DNA of 64,000 bases, from NCBI GenBank assembly GCA_010015805.1, contig ML978129.1, positions 62,001-126,000 on the forward strand, written 5' to 3'. A model generated the notes under the pieces. It was not told the DNA's origin and did no database searches. It saw only the letters and a program-made list of their open reading frames with translations. Positions 1-11,157 of this stretch are shown one piece after another. The translations under genes were made by a program, and so were the position numbers. The stretch's first letter is position 1, and each line of letters begins with the position of its first letter. This stretch comes from Rhizodiscina lignyota. Lineage: Eukaryota.

Positions 1-1001
1 CGGCCGATTCCATCGATTTCTGGGGATACAACATCTACTCGTGGTGCGGTGATTCTTCCTACCAGGCCTCTGGTTACGCGGATCGTACCAAAGAGTTCTC
101 GACTTACAACGTTCCGTTCTTCTTCGCAGAATATGGATGCAACACGATTCAGCCGCGTAAGTTTACGGAAGTTGGTGCCCTCTTCGGACCTCAAATGAGC
201 CCGTTCTGGTCTGGCGGTATTGTGTACATGTACTTCCAGGAAGCAAATGACTTTGGTGAGTAAAATGGCGCGAATCACCTCTGACGAGCTCAAGCTAATG
301 CATCCCCAGGTCTGGTCACTGTCTCTGGCAATTCGGTTTCCACGCTCGTCGACTTCAGCTATCTTTCCAAGGAAATTGCTACTGCCACTCCTTCCGGTGT
401 CAACAGCAACTCGTACAACCCCACTGTCACTGCTCCCCAATCTTGCCCGGAGGTTGGCGCCACTTGGCTTGCCGAAGCAACGCCTCTTCCCCCATCGCCA
501 AACGAGCAGCTTTGCCAGTGCATGGTCAAGGCCCTGTCTTGTGTCGTCTCTGACTCCACCAGCTCGGATGACTACAGCGACCTTTTCGGCACCGTCTGCG
601 GTCTTGGTGCGGATAACTGCGCTGGTATCCAGGCCAATGCCACTACTGGAAAGTATGGAGCCTACAGCATGTGCAACCCTAAGGAGCAGCTCTCCTTCGC
701 TTTCAACCAATACTACCAGAGCCAGGACCAGGCAAACACCGCGTGCGACTTTGATGGCAAGGCTTCAACACAGGACAGTCAGACCGCATCCGGAGGTTGC
801 CAGAGCCTCATCAACCAAGCCGGCTCTGGTGGTACCGGCACGGTTACAAGCGCGCCGACGGGAGCTGGAGGTTCTGCTGCTGCGAGCAGCTCTGGTGCTG
901 CCGGCGTCACGACTGTTCCTGACTTCAGGTGGGGCGCGGTCCAGATCGGTGCTTACCTGATGGTTGCTGGTGTTGCTGGTGCAGCGATGATTCTGCTGTA
1001 A
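1..1001 (+). CDS. GH72 1,3-beta-glucanosyltransferase (Gas/Gel family) with X8/CBM43 domain and GPI signal; 5' partial
   Basis: Translates to [13 protein letters not shown]...[10 protein letters not shown]...[19 protein letters not shown]. Intron 256-309 (GTGAGT...GCTAAT...CAG). Cys-rich X8 domain, then a Ser/Gly/Ala linker and a hydrophobic C-terminus. Confidence 0.95.
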
Positions 1002-1708
1002 ATACCAGCCTGAATCGACTCCTTCACGTGACGCTTCTATCCTGCCTTCGAAGCGCGAAGGGAGACGAGTCTTGGATAATGGAGGGGGAGGAAGGAACAG
1101 GATGGGCGCATGAGCACATCTTATCATTGTCACTCGCTTGATGACGCCGTCCTATCTACTGTGATGGGTTCGGCTTTCATTTCTTGTCTTGCGTTCAGCG
1201 GTCTATCTGGGTCCTTTGAAAATGAGCAACAGAAAAAGGACCTAGAAATCACGGCCGGTGGTTGCATGTTGCATCTGTACGCTTCTGGGTTGCGTCGTGA
1301 TTAGCATTTTCGGATAGATACCGCAAACTCTCCTGGTCTGGAAGTCTGCGCACTGGCGCTTGGCTAGCTTGTAGTAATGGTCATCTTTTTTCCTCCTGAA
1401 GCTTCTCTTCGCTTCCTCATATTCTTTTCGCAAGTGCTTCTACAACAGCCAATGGCTCCACCCTTCGCTCGCTTAATGAGATTGCATTCCTGACGCTTGT
1501 TTACAACATGGCTTGTTTTTCATTCCACGCGTTATGGCGTGCAGACAACGCTTCCCCACATGACCACTGCGTGGCCTTTCCAGCATTCAGGTTTATCTTT
1601 AGCGATCGTAGTGAGACCATTCATTTAAATTCGTTCGCGGCCGCTCTTTTCTGATCTCAAGCACACATGGGGACGTGCCTCACGACATTCGTTTAGTTCT
1701 GCTAACCA

Positions 1709-4700
1709 TGGCACCCAATTCCGCCTCTCAACGCGGCTCATATCTCTTTTTCCTCCTGTCTCCTGTCATATTCTCCCAGCTTGCCGGCGCTGCGACTGTT
1801 ACAGTCTTCAACACGATCAACACGTGTCCTGCAAGACGCACGGTTACAAAGACAGTAACTCCCACGACAACCGTCACACCTTCAGGTTCAAGGCCATCGA
1901 GCACGTTGGAAGTCTCGCAAGATGGCAGCTGCGGCGGCACGACTGGGTACACGTGCGCAGGCGACCCATACGGAGAATGCTGTATGCTTCTCCCAAGCAT
2001 CCTATCAATACCACCATTCTACAGAGTGCTGACGAGAAGACAGGCAGCCAGTACGGCTACTGTGGCTCGACGGACGAGTACTGCGGCACGGGATGCCAGC
2101 CCGAGTTCGGTAGCTGCTCATATAACTCGAGTCCCTCTGGCGTACCTATGTCAATGAACTCTCCGCCGCAGAACTCGCAGCCCGGAGGCGGTATCCCGCT
2201 CTCTGGCGTGTCACTCGGTCCACCGCCGCCATCTTCGCAGCCTGGAAGTATCGTTATCCCCCTCTCAGGCCTGACACTCGGCCCACCGCCGCCTGCCTCC
2301 ACCGTTTCCTCAGCAGCCTATGTGCCCCCTACGAACGCAGCCGACGTAGACGCCGCCGCCGACGCCGGCGCCCCATTCATCATCCCAATCGACATCCCCC
2401 TCGGCCCGACCAAGGAGAAGCGCAAAGCCGGCCCAGACCATTTTTTAGGCAGCGGCAGGCGCATGGCTAACCTCGCCGCCCGCGCCACCGTAAGGACGTA
2501 CATCACCGCAGCCGGCAACACAACAGCGGACGCCTCGCAGGCCGCCGTCTTCCAGATCATCGCCGGCTCGCTCTACTCCAATGGCGTGCCCATCAGCACC
2601 GACGGCATCGAGAACTCGACTGTCTTCGCCGGCCGCGTGCCCCCGTTGCTCATCACCCAGTCGTGGAACGTCACGAACGGCACGCTCGCCTGGATGAATC
2701 CCGCGTTTTACGGCAACCAGGCGAAGTTCTTCAGGACGCCGGCGGACGCGGTGACGGAAGCGACGGTTGTGATTCAGTTTGACGGCACGGCGCCGGCGGG
2801 TGCGGCGGCTGTGGCCGCGCCGGGCGTGGATCTGGGTGAGTTTGTGCTTTTGATGGCTTGTTTGAGTGCGTTGAGACTGATGGAATGCAGTTGGTCCGGC
2901 GCCTTCGGGCTCGCTTGTGCCGCCTCCGCCGCCGCCGGCGACGAGCAATGCTGCTTCGTCTGGTGTGGGCGGGGTTACGATTCCGCTGTCGAACGTGAAC
3001 GTCGCGCCTTCATCTGGTGCTGGTGGAGCTACGATTCCGCTGTCGAACGTCAACGTTGGGCCTTCGTCTGGTGCGGGCGGAGCGTCGCTTATGCCGCCTC
3101 CACCGCCCGGGGCGAGCACTGGCTCTCCGTCTAGTGTGGGTGGAGTTACGATTCCGCTGTCGGATGTGGGCATTGCACCTTCGTCTGGCGCCGGTGGAGC
3201 TACGATTCCGTTGTCGAACGTGAACGTCGTGCCTTCGTCTGGCGCGGGCGGAGCCACGCTCCTGCCGCCTCCACCGCCCGGGATGAGCACAGTTATTGTT
3301 CAGTCTCCGTCGATTGCAGCGCCTTCAATGTCAGGTGCTCCAGGCCCAGGCCCAAGCCCCTCTCCAGGATCCGCATCAATAGCATCATCCGTGCCCACCA
3401 GCTTCCCATTGATGTCAGGACCGCCTAGTGTGAGCTCGAATTCACCTGGTCAGAGCTCGGCTGCTCCTTTGCCATCCGGCCCGCAGAGCATGATGCCAAT
3501 GTCGATGGGAATGTCGATGCCAGCGTCCGTGGCGGCCCCAAGCTCACGTTCATCTAGTGCAAGGGGTCCAGGCGGCCCAGGGGGTCCAGGAGGTTCGGGG
3601 GGTCCAGGGGGTTCAGGGGGTCCAAGTTCGTAGCCATTAGTTGTCGTAGTTTTGGCCTTTTGCTTATCGAGTGTAGGAGTATCGAGCTCTCGTCCGTCGA
3701 ATACAATATCCAGTGTCTCAATCCTACCTCCATTATCCAACATTGCAGCGTCCACAATCTCAGCTCCACAACCTGTTGTCAGCGGTCACGTATGCCCCGA
3801 CAACAACGGCACGACCTTCTCTTCACCCTGCGGCTCTGTCTACCAGCTTCAATGCGGGACCGATCATCAAGGCGGTAATCTCCAGCCTCCAAACGGTGTC
3901 TACGTCAGTAGCTTTGACGCCTGCATCGCACTGTGTGATGCACGGCCTGCGTGCGTTGATGTTGCATGGACACAAGGAGTGCCGCAGGGCGCATGCAATC
4001 TTAAGGGTACTGTTGGGTCTCCAGTTGCAGATAGCCTCGTCTGGACAGGAGAGCAAGTGAGCTACAATCCCAACTGTGCAACTTATACGTCACATGCGCC
4101 GTCGTCCACCTCGAGCAGCGCAGCAACAATCGTCCCTTCATCAGTGGTAATAAGCTCGACGTCATCCGGTAGCAGTCCACCCGCGAGTAGCTCTCATCCT
4201 CCTCCTCCTCCAACTCCGAATACGAAGCGTGGACTTGTGGCGTTCGACGCTATGATGGGGGATTATGCTACCTGGCTCCAGCCGGGCTCTCCTTTATCCT
4301 GGTACTACAATTATGCCTCAACTCCGTTTGCGCAGTTCTCGAACTCACAGCTTCAATATGTGCCAATGTTGTGGGGCAACGATCAGGTCAATTTTACCGC
4401 TGCAGTTTTGAGCTTAATCGAGCAGGGTTATAACATCACCTATGTTCTTGGATTTAATGAGCCTGATCAGACTTTCAATGTCGGTGGCAGCCAATTAGAT
4501 CCGACCACAGCAGCCTCCCGATGGCAAAGCGACATTCAGCCTTTGAAGCAGTATGGTTTGAAGCTGGGGGCTCCGGCGATATCTTTCAACGTCACATGGC
4601 TCCAGGAATTCTTCCAGCTTTGCTCGGGCTGCACCATCGACTTCATTCCATTCCACTGGTACGGCCCGTTATACTCATCCGTCCAAGGCCAAGCATTCTA

Positions 4701-5148
4701 TGACAGATATTACCAACTTGCAGCGACATTTCCAGGCTCGACGTTCTGGCTCACAGAGTGGGCTGATCCGAATCAAGACTTGGCGACAACGCAAAGCAAC
4801 TACAATGGGATCCTTGCCTTCATCGAGAACCAGACCGACATCCAACGCCATTCGTACTTTGGCTCGTTCAGAAGCGACTCAAGCGACGCGGCAAACGTTG
4901 GATACAACGTCACGATGCTGGATCAGTGCGGCAGGCTCACGGATATTGGAGACTCATACATGGATCTGAATGCTCAAGGCAATATCCCTAGCCCAGGGAA
5001 CTGCACATTAGCACCTGCTCCAAATGCCCTGCCGAGCAGCAGAGCAGCTGCACCGTCATCGACCTCTGCCAGAGTCACAGTCGTCGTCAGCACAGTGGAG
5101 GTTATCCCCGTCCCAGCCGCCTCCACAAGGACTCCTGATCGGAAGTAA
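1709..5148 (+). CDS. Secreted modular protein: signal peptide, hevein-like chitin-binding CBM18, low-complexity repeats, PAN/apple-like Cys domain, C-terminal GH128 beta-1,3-glucanase
   Basis: Introns 1982-2043, 2836-2890 and 3626-3676 join four ORF fragments in frame. CBM18 motif DGSCGG...CCSQYGYCGSTDEYCGTGCQ. GH128 motifs KRGL, WYYNY, YVPMLWG, LGFNEPD, FIPFHWY and WLTEWA. Confidence 0.85.
2917..3285 (+). repeat. Coding higher-order tandem repeat: 2 x 171 nt, each holding 2 x 54-nt subunits (TIPLSNVNVxPSSGAGGA) plus a poly-Pro run
   Basis: ACGATTCCG starts at 2977, 3031, 3148 and 3202 (spacings 54, 117, 54). Confidence 0.9.
3562..3624 (+). repeat. Coding 9-nt-period GGP/GGS repeat
   Basis: Translates as RGPGGPGGPGGSGGPGGSGGP. 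Confidence 0.8.
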
Positions 5149-5969
5149 CGTACGATACGAGCGTACAAGTTTCCGGGAGTTGTACGGCCAAGGCATTTAA
5201 TGCCACACCTATAGTCACTGTTAGGTGAGAGTCAAACTGTGAAAGCGGCGGATTGTTCTTAGTTGCATCTTGAGTGCGTCAGCGATGTTTGAATTGATAT
5301 AAGACAAGCCTATGTAAATGCTGAATTACTGAAATTAAATCTCCTGCAATTGATACTCCCGAGATTCAGGCCACACTTAGTCGACATTGCCAGCGACATG
5401 GATGAGTGAGCTTCAATTTGACTGTCGCCGGGATCTGCATGTATAGCTCGAGCAACGGCATAGAAATCTGCAAGTTTGCCTCGTCAACATTCTTCAACAG
5501 GGTACAAACTAGTTATGAAAACATAGCGTAGTTGACAGGTCTCACTCGGACGCATGGTTGCACGTATGCGCGGAGAACGAATTCGATTGCTCCTGGAGTG
5601 AGCTCATAGAATGTGCATGAACTCGCCAAACTCATCCTGTGAGTCTGTTCAACTTTGGGCAGTCGGCGGTACAAGATGTCAAAAGGGAAATAGTCGGTTC
5701 AGGAACGGGATTCGTTTGGGTACGGAAGACGCATAGATGGCACAAAGAGCCTGCGCACGCAGTTCGTATGGAGTTGCGAGAACCATGGAGGAATTTCAGC
5801 TCGTTATCTACATGCACGATGATTCCACTTTCTCGAAATGATCGGCATGGTCTCCACTGAGGAGCTCTGGCTTTGGGCTTAATGCCTTGTAACAGGTCCC
5901 GTAATACATGTTGAACCAGTTCTGACTCCAGGATATGAGCATTGTCTTGGAATTGAGTAGGCTTTCCCA

Positions 5970-6968
5970 TTATAGCCGAGCGCTTGTCTGCACTAAGCCA
6001 TTCGTTTTCGCGATAATGGTCTCGGCATCTCTTTCGATCGTCTTTGCGAGCTCTTCACAGGTCGGAATGTCGTGGATTAACCCGGCGACGATCCCCAAAC
6101 TCCAGACTCCAGCATCAACGTCACCTGTCTCGTAAACGCCTTTCCCCCTCTTCCCTGACATCAAGTGTGCCACGTCTTCAAATTTCACATCTTGCTTCGT
6201 CCGCTCAATCTCTGCCACTTCCATCGACACTGCATTCTTGTGCAGCCTGGTAGTATTCCGGAATTTCCGAAGTACAAGGACTGTTGAGTTCTCATCGCAG
6301 TCGACGATTGCCTTCTTGACATTGTAATGAATCGGTGCTTCGACAGTTGCCATCCACCGCGTACCCATATTGATACCGGATGCGCCGAGTGCCAGCGCTG
6401 CTGCCAGCTGCCTCCCGTTGCCAAAACCGCCAGAGGCAAGATATGGAATCTTAAGCTCCTCCGCGCATTTTGACAGCAGAATGAGACTTGTGGTGTCATA
6501 CTCTCCTCCATGGCCGGCACACTCGATCCCGTCGATGGATATGCAATCCACGCCGAGCCTCTCTGCTCTTAACGCGTGCTTTAGAGTAACACACTTGTGA
6601 ATGACAGTACATCCATTTGCCTTGATGTACTTGAGAATCGGACTCGGGTCTCCAGCGGTCTCGATCACTCTGATGCCTTCCTCGACGGCGACTTTTGCAT
6701 AGCCCATGTAGTCAGGCTTGTTAATTGCTGGTAGCAGCGTGATATTGACTCCAAATTGGACGGCATTTGGCTTGAGCATCCCCCGACACCTTCGAATCTC
6801 GGCTCGCAACGCTTCTGGAGATGGCTGTGTAAGTGCCGTGAGAAAGCCCAGTGCTCCTGCGTTGGCGACAGCACTGATCAGCTCCGCTCTTCCAACCCAC
6901 ATCATGCCGCCTTGCACGATGGGGATCCGCACCCCAAGATTCTCCGTTAGCCATGTCTTGATAGGCAT
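5970..6968 (-). CDS. Nitronate monooxygenase / 2-nitropropane dioxygenase family FMN-dependent TIM-barrel oxidoreductase
   Basis: Single exon, 332 aa. Motifs PIVQGGM, AVANAGALG, DGIECAGHGG, ASGGFG and GINMGTR. Confidence 0.92.
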   Translation of the reverse strand: MPIKTWLTENLGVRIPIVQGGMMWVGRAELISAVANAGALGFLTALTQPSPEALRAEIRRCRGMLKPNAVQFGVNITLLPAINKPDYMGYAKVAVEEGIRVIETAGDPSPILKYIKANGCTVIHKCVTLKHALRAERLGVDCISIDGIECAGHGGEYDTTSLILLSKCAEELKIPYLASGGFGNGRQLAAALALGASGINMGTRWMATVEAPIHYNVKKAIVDCDENSTVLVLRKFRNTTRLHKNAVSMEVAEIERTKQDVKFEDVAHLMSGKRGKGVYETGDVDAGVWSLGIVAGLIHDIPTCEELAKTIERDAETIIAKTNGLVQTSARL

Positions 6969-7261
6969 GTTGCCGACGAGGGAAGGGAAAGGATAATCGT
7001 CCTACAAGGGAGATAGATATTGAAGAAAGAGACGAAAAAGAGATATGGTCGCGCAATACAATACTCTATAATACACGACCTTCAATCTCTTTAGGTCTGG
7101 TTCTAGACACAATTGCCGGGGAATGCCGAGAAGTAATCATGAAAGTGTGTTGAAGTGAGCGAGGAGCGGGGATCTTTATTCGTCGGTAAGCAGAGGCCGA
7201 GGCTGCATTTGTATGTAGGAGCCATTGCCATGAGTGTTTCGCCAAAGTTGTAGCTATATTA

Positions 7262-7885
7262 TTAGAGAGGCCCTAACAGCTGGTGTATCATGGTGGTTAA
7301 CCTAAGAGCGAATGGCTCTTTGTAATATTGATTGTTGGTTTGGTTGAGAGATGACCTCGCGGAGTCGAGATTAAGGGGGACGCACCGGCCTACGCACCCG
7401 CTTGTCGGGGCGAGCCACCGAAAAGTCTGCACCAAGCCCCCTAAAACGCGACGCACCCGTTCCCGTTCATGGTTCCCATCCAACATTCTTCACCAACTAC
7501 TTCAGAACACAGAGCACAGAACATTTGCTGTAAACAACTTCTTTAACATCTTCCTCTTATTAAACACTTCTATTTTCAATCACCTGCTTCAACTAAGTTG
7601 TTTAAGTTCAGTGTTTAAGTGTTTAAGCTTATTGCATAGTGTTCAGGCTCAGTGTTCAGGCTCTATTCTAATCAAAATTCTAAACACTTCCTTAAACACT
7701 TCATTAAACACTTTACTAAACACTTTACTAAGTAGTCTATCGTCGGTGTTCCTACCGCTTATTGTCCGCCGATTCGGTTTTGCTACTGCCCTTGCAAGAG
7801 CATTTGCTATCTTCATCGATCGCCTTGAAATCACATCAATCCCGTGCGAGAGAGTTTCGAACCAATCTTCCCAACCGTCCTTTCT
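7262..7885 (-). pseudogene. Probable hypermutated (RIP-like) coding remnant
   Basis: One minus-strand frame runs through ORFs 7649-7834 and 7262-7486, broken only by six TGA codons. The core segment 7466-7740 has no CpG. Confidence 0.5.
7681..7728 (+). repeat. 4 x 12-nt tandem repeat TAAACACTTYNN
   Basis: Units taaacacttcct, taaacacttcat, taaacactttac, taaacactttac. A related copy starts at 7561 and inverted copies lie at about 7611-7627. Confidence 0.85.
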
Positions 7886-8442
7886 CTACACAAATAAGAG
7901 CTGAGAGGTTGATTTCAGGTAGGTGAGAGGAGTAGCGCCCCGAATGCAGAGCGGAATTCCTCAGCTCGAATGCTGCTGAGCTGGCAACATCAACGAGTAT
8001 CACATTTCTCGATTGCAAAGAAGAGAGGGTGATCAATGCTCCAAGTTGGGGCTGGTCTGGAACATATTTAGACCGGTCGCCCAATTGCACCTTAAAATCC
8101 CCGCGTCGATAAATTCGTGGCATTTCATCGTTTTCTGCTCTACGAATCAGTTCCTTCAGCCTTTACAGTAATACAAAAACCACGGAATCAATCACAGTCG
8201 ACACGAACAAATTAGCCCCATCACAGCTGGATGGTTGCTGTATGTGATGGCTGCTGTGAACAACATTTCAACGGTGAAGCGGGGAGTGCGGAGAGCCAAA
8301 GTATTTCAAAGACATTGCATATGCTCTCATTGACACTTTGCGAAGTATAAAACCACAAACGAATCTCTCTTCACTCTATCCACGAAGACGTTCGGTTCTA
8401 TTCTTTAAAACGATTCAGGAAATCTCTCTCATCACTGCCGAC

Positions 8443-10073
8443 ATGGCTAATTTAACGGAAGTTGTCGCCCCTAGCCTCCTATCTACAGCAGCACATGCAC
8501 AACAGCAATCACCTTTCTTCCGCCTTTCGAAAGATGTCCGACATCGCATTTATTTCTTCCTGCTCCTCAGCATCAAGGCCATCCTCGTAATGCTCCCATT
8601 CACAAACCGGAGTCCTCAATTTGGCACGGAATGCCGCATCAACTTCAAACTTGCACGGAGCTTTATCAACAGTACGGTATATGCTTCCATTTTATGTTAA
8701 TGGTATTATTTTGGTATACTCCAGTGGCTAAGACTAAATGAGGAAACGTGGCTTACGGTGATACAGGAGCTCTGCTCTCTGACGTTGGCCAAGTGTGGAA
8801 CCTAAAGCTGGTCCGTCGACAACTCGGTACGGGCATGTTTTCCACTTGTCGTCTAGCTTACGGAGAAGCAGGTAGCTTTCTCTGGTCTCAAAATACATTC
8901 GTATTTGACAATGATGGAGAAGGTGCCGAACTTTACCAATTCCTCAGCACTATCGGCAAGCGTCCGAGATCATTGCTAAGGAAGCTCAGGGTGTTAGCGC
9001 CATTCGACACTTGCATGCTCATGGCGAGAGGAATGGATATTGCGATGCGGCGTTCCAGGGGACCCAGATCTGACAACAGAGCGGTTCTGAATTTGAGACA
9101 GCCTAGCATCAGCGTTGGCTTTCTTGGAGCTTTCGCACTGATTCTCCAAGATTGCGCATTAGAGGAGCTGAGTTTTCTTGTCCCGAAGCGCACAAGATTC
9201 TGGCCAGATGCCTCCGCTGATGGCAGGATGTTAATCAAAATCGAAGTCCTTCCTGCGAAGAGTACCGTCGTTGAGGTCCAGTCTGGCGCTCTTTTCGAAG
9301 GTGCACATTTGGTGTACAAGGTCACAGATATGGGCATCACTGTCTTGACTTTGCAAGGATCGACCATCTCGTCAAGGCGCATGGACAACCTCGGACTCTT
9401 GATTGGGTCGGAAACAAAGGCCCACGAAGACAGGTCGTGGTTCCCACCACAGCATGTTATACGCAGAAAAGTAGGAAACTGCGATCTCAGACGGAAATTT
9501 CTCGAGGACGGGAACAAGCTCAGCACTCTCGTTACTGAAACATGGAGTGATACGTCTTCACTGTCTTCATCTCTGTATGAACGAGATCCAGATTCCGAGG
9601 AGGATGAAAGTATGACAGATGTGACGGATCTTGCAGGAATTGTCGATGGCGTGCATATTGTAGATGCATCCGCGGACGAATTTGTGGAATCACGCTCCGA
9701 GCCAGAAACGGATGGAGTCACAGAAGACGATATCATTACAACACGCCACTGCGGACAACGCTGGAATCCTGGATACCTTGACAGCGAAGATTTTGACACA
9801 TGGCAAGTTGATAGTGCCTCTCTTAAATCGATGGATAGCCGGGAATATCCACCAAGTGATGCAACTGCTTCGAAGTCATTCGAATTTAGCGATCGTAACG
9901 ATGAGTCCTACAGCGGCAGAGGGGGGGCAAGTTATCTCGAGAGGCGCACAAACTCGATGCCCACAAACGTGCTTGGGAAGACGGGCGTGCTGAAGAGATT
10001 TGTATCATCGATGAATCGGATCAATTCAAGGCGCTCATCTCGCGGATCTATGTTCTCTACACGTACCGCATAA
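8443..10073 (+). CDS. Hypothetical fungal protein with F-box-like N-terminal motif and acidic, Ser-rich tail
   Basis: Exon 1 has QQQSPFFRLSKDVRHRIY (F-box-like). The downstream 441-aa ORF has FSTCRLAYGEAGSFLWSQNTFVF. The intron near 8672-8766 is not resolved. Confidence 0.6.
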
Positions 10074-10131
10074 TTTGAAGCCACCAGAGACCCGAGTAGC
10101 TAAATGCATGCACATTGCTGATGCCGACATC

Positions 10132-10929
10132 TTAGCCTGTTCCAAATGTAGCACCACCACTGCTTAGGAAGTCCTCTTCCTCTTTCGTAGGTTGCCGACC
10201 CAGCACTCCGTTACGATGCGGATACCTTCCAAATCTTTTAACGAGGTCAAAATGTAACACCTCGAACTTTCTCTGCTCCGTAACATAATTCCTCGCCTCA
10301 TCGCCACCCTTTTCCGAGCAATCTTCCAACTGCGAATCTTGCAGAGCCAGCATCTGTTCATGATTCTCGATATTCTCAGAGTGCATCAGTGGCATATAGA
10401 ACCAAGATCGGTAGACGTAATTATATCGATACAGTGGATCCAGGTCCCAGCGGGTGGTCTCAGGCGGCGATGAAGAGAGCATCGTATAGATTAGTGCGCG
10501 GGAGAGGCGGTCGTAGTGAGAGTATATAACCTTCTGGTTGTCACGGAAAATATTTCGTGGCATCTGATCAAGCAAGATGAACAGGCTAAGCGCGGTGGAA
10601 GCTGGTGAATCAGGAGGCTGTGTCTTTTCTATCTCCTCCAAGAATGGTTTAGCCAGAGCCGGTGCCAGCTGCTTCTCTGAGGCGTAACCTTTCTCAGTAG
10701 GGAGATCGTATTTCGACGGACCAATCGACTCCAACGCCTCGCGAAAATTGGTGTGACAGGTGTTGTCGAAGGCAGCCTTCTCCTCTTTCGTCCCGAAGCC
10801 CCACCATCTCTTGGCTGCTGCCTCCGGCGCAGAAAATGAGAATTCAGGGACGTCGGCAAACCATACTGAGCGAATTGTCTTGTATAAAGAAGGATTGAAG
10901 AGCTTTGAGTTCAGAGCCATCGGTCTCAT
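10132..10929 (-). CDS. DUF924 family protein
   Basis: Motifs LFILLDQMPRNIFR, WFYMPLMHSE and RFGRYPHRNGVLGR. Start is ATG 10929 or 10920. Confidence 0.88.
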   Translation of the reverse strand: MRPMALNSKLFNPSLYKTIRSVWFADVPEFSFSAPEAAAKRWWGFGTKEEKAAFDNTCHTNFREALESIGPSKYDLPTEKGYASEKQLAPALAKPFLEEIEKTQPPDSPASTALSLFILLDQMPRNIFRDNQKVIYSHYDRLSRALIYTMLSSSPPETTRWDLDPLYRYNYVYRSWFYMPLMHSENIENHEQMLALQDSQLEDCSEKGGDEARNYVTEQRKFEVLHFDLVKRFGRYPHRNGVLGRQPTKEEEDFLSSGGATFGTG

Positions 10930-11157
10930 CGCGGCATCCCAAACACCTGGGGGACAGGTGGGGTAGGAGAGGTAAGAAATAGGGGAGCAGATAGCGAGCA
11001 ACGTGACAGAGGAATTCAGATGCATGCAGGAAACCACGAAAAACAATATGCAAAGCTAAATAGGCAAGAGAGCCCGCCGTTCGGAGTTTGAGTATGGCGA
11101 TGCTTATTAAGAGTACGGAGTAGAGGGCGCCTAATCTGTGTTTTTCCTTTTTGGTTG

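Noticed and set aside
2445..3290. 281-aa minus-strand repeat ORF (APPAPDEG repeats)
   Set aside because: Antisense reading of the plus-strand coding repeat.
3631..3633. Stop-codon readthrough or recoding at the TAG
   Set aside because: A frame-preserving 51-nt GT-AG intron explains it more simply.
7681..7728. CRISPR-like array or forkhead-site cluster
   Set aside because: Units are contiguous 12-mers without spacers and keep the codon frame; the host is a eukaryote.
7332..7904. 190-aa plus-strand ORF
   Set aside because: No ATG start and Leu/Ser-rich antisense-like composition; better explained as the shadow of the degenerate minus-strand frame.
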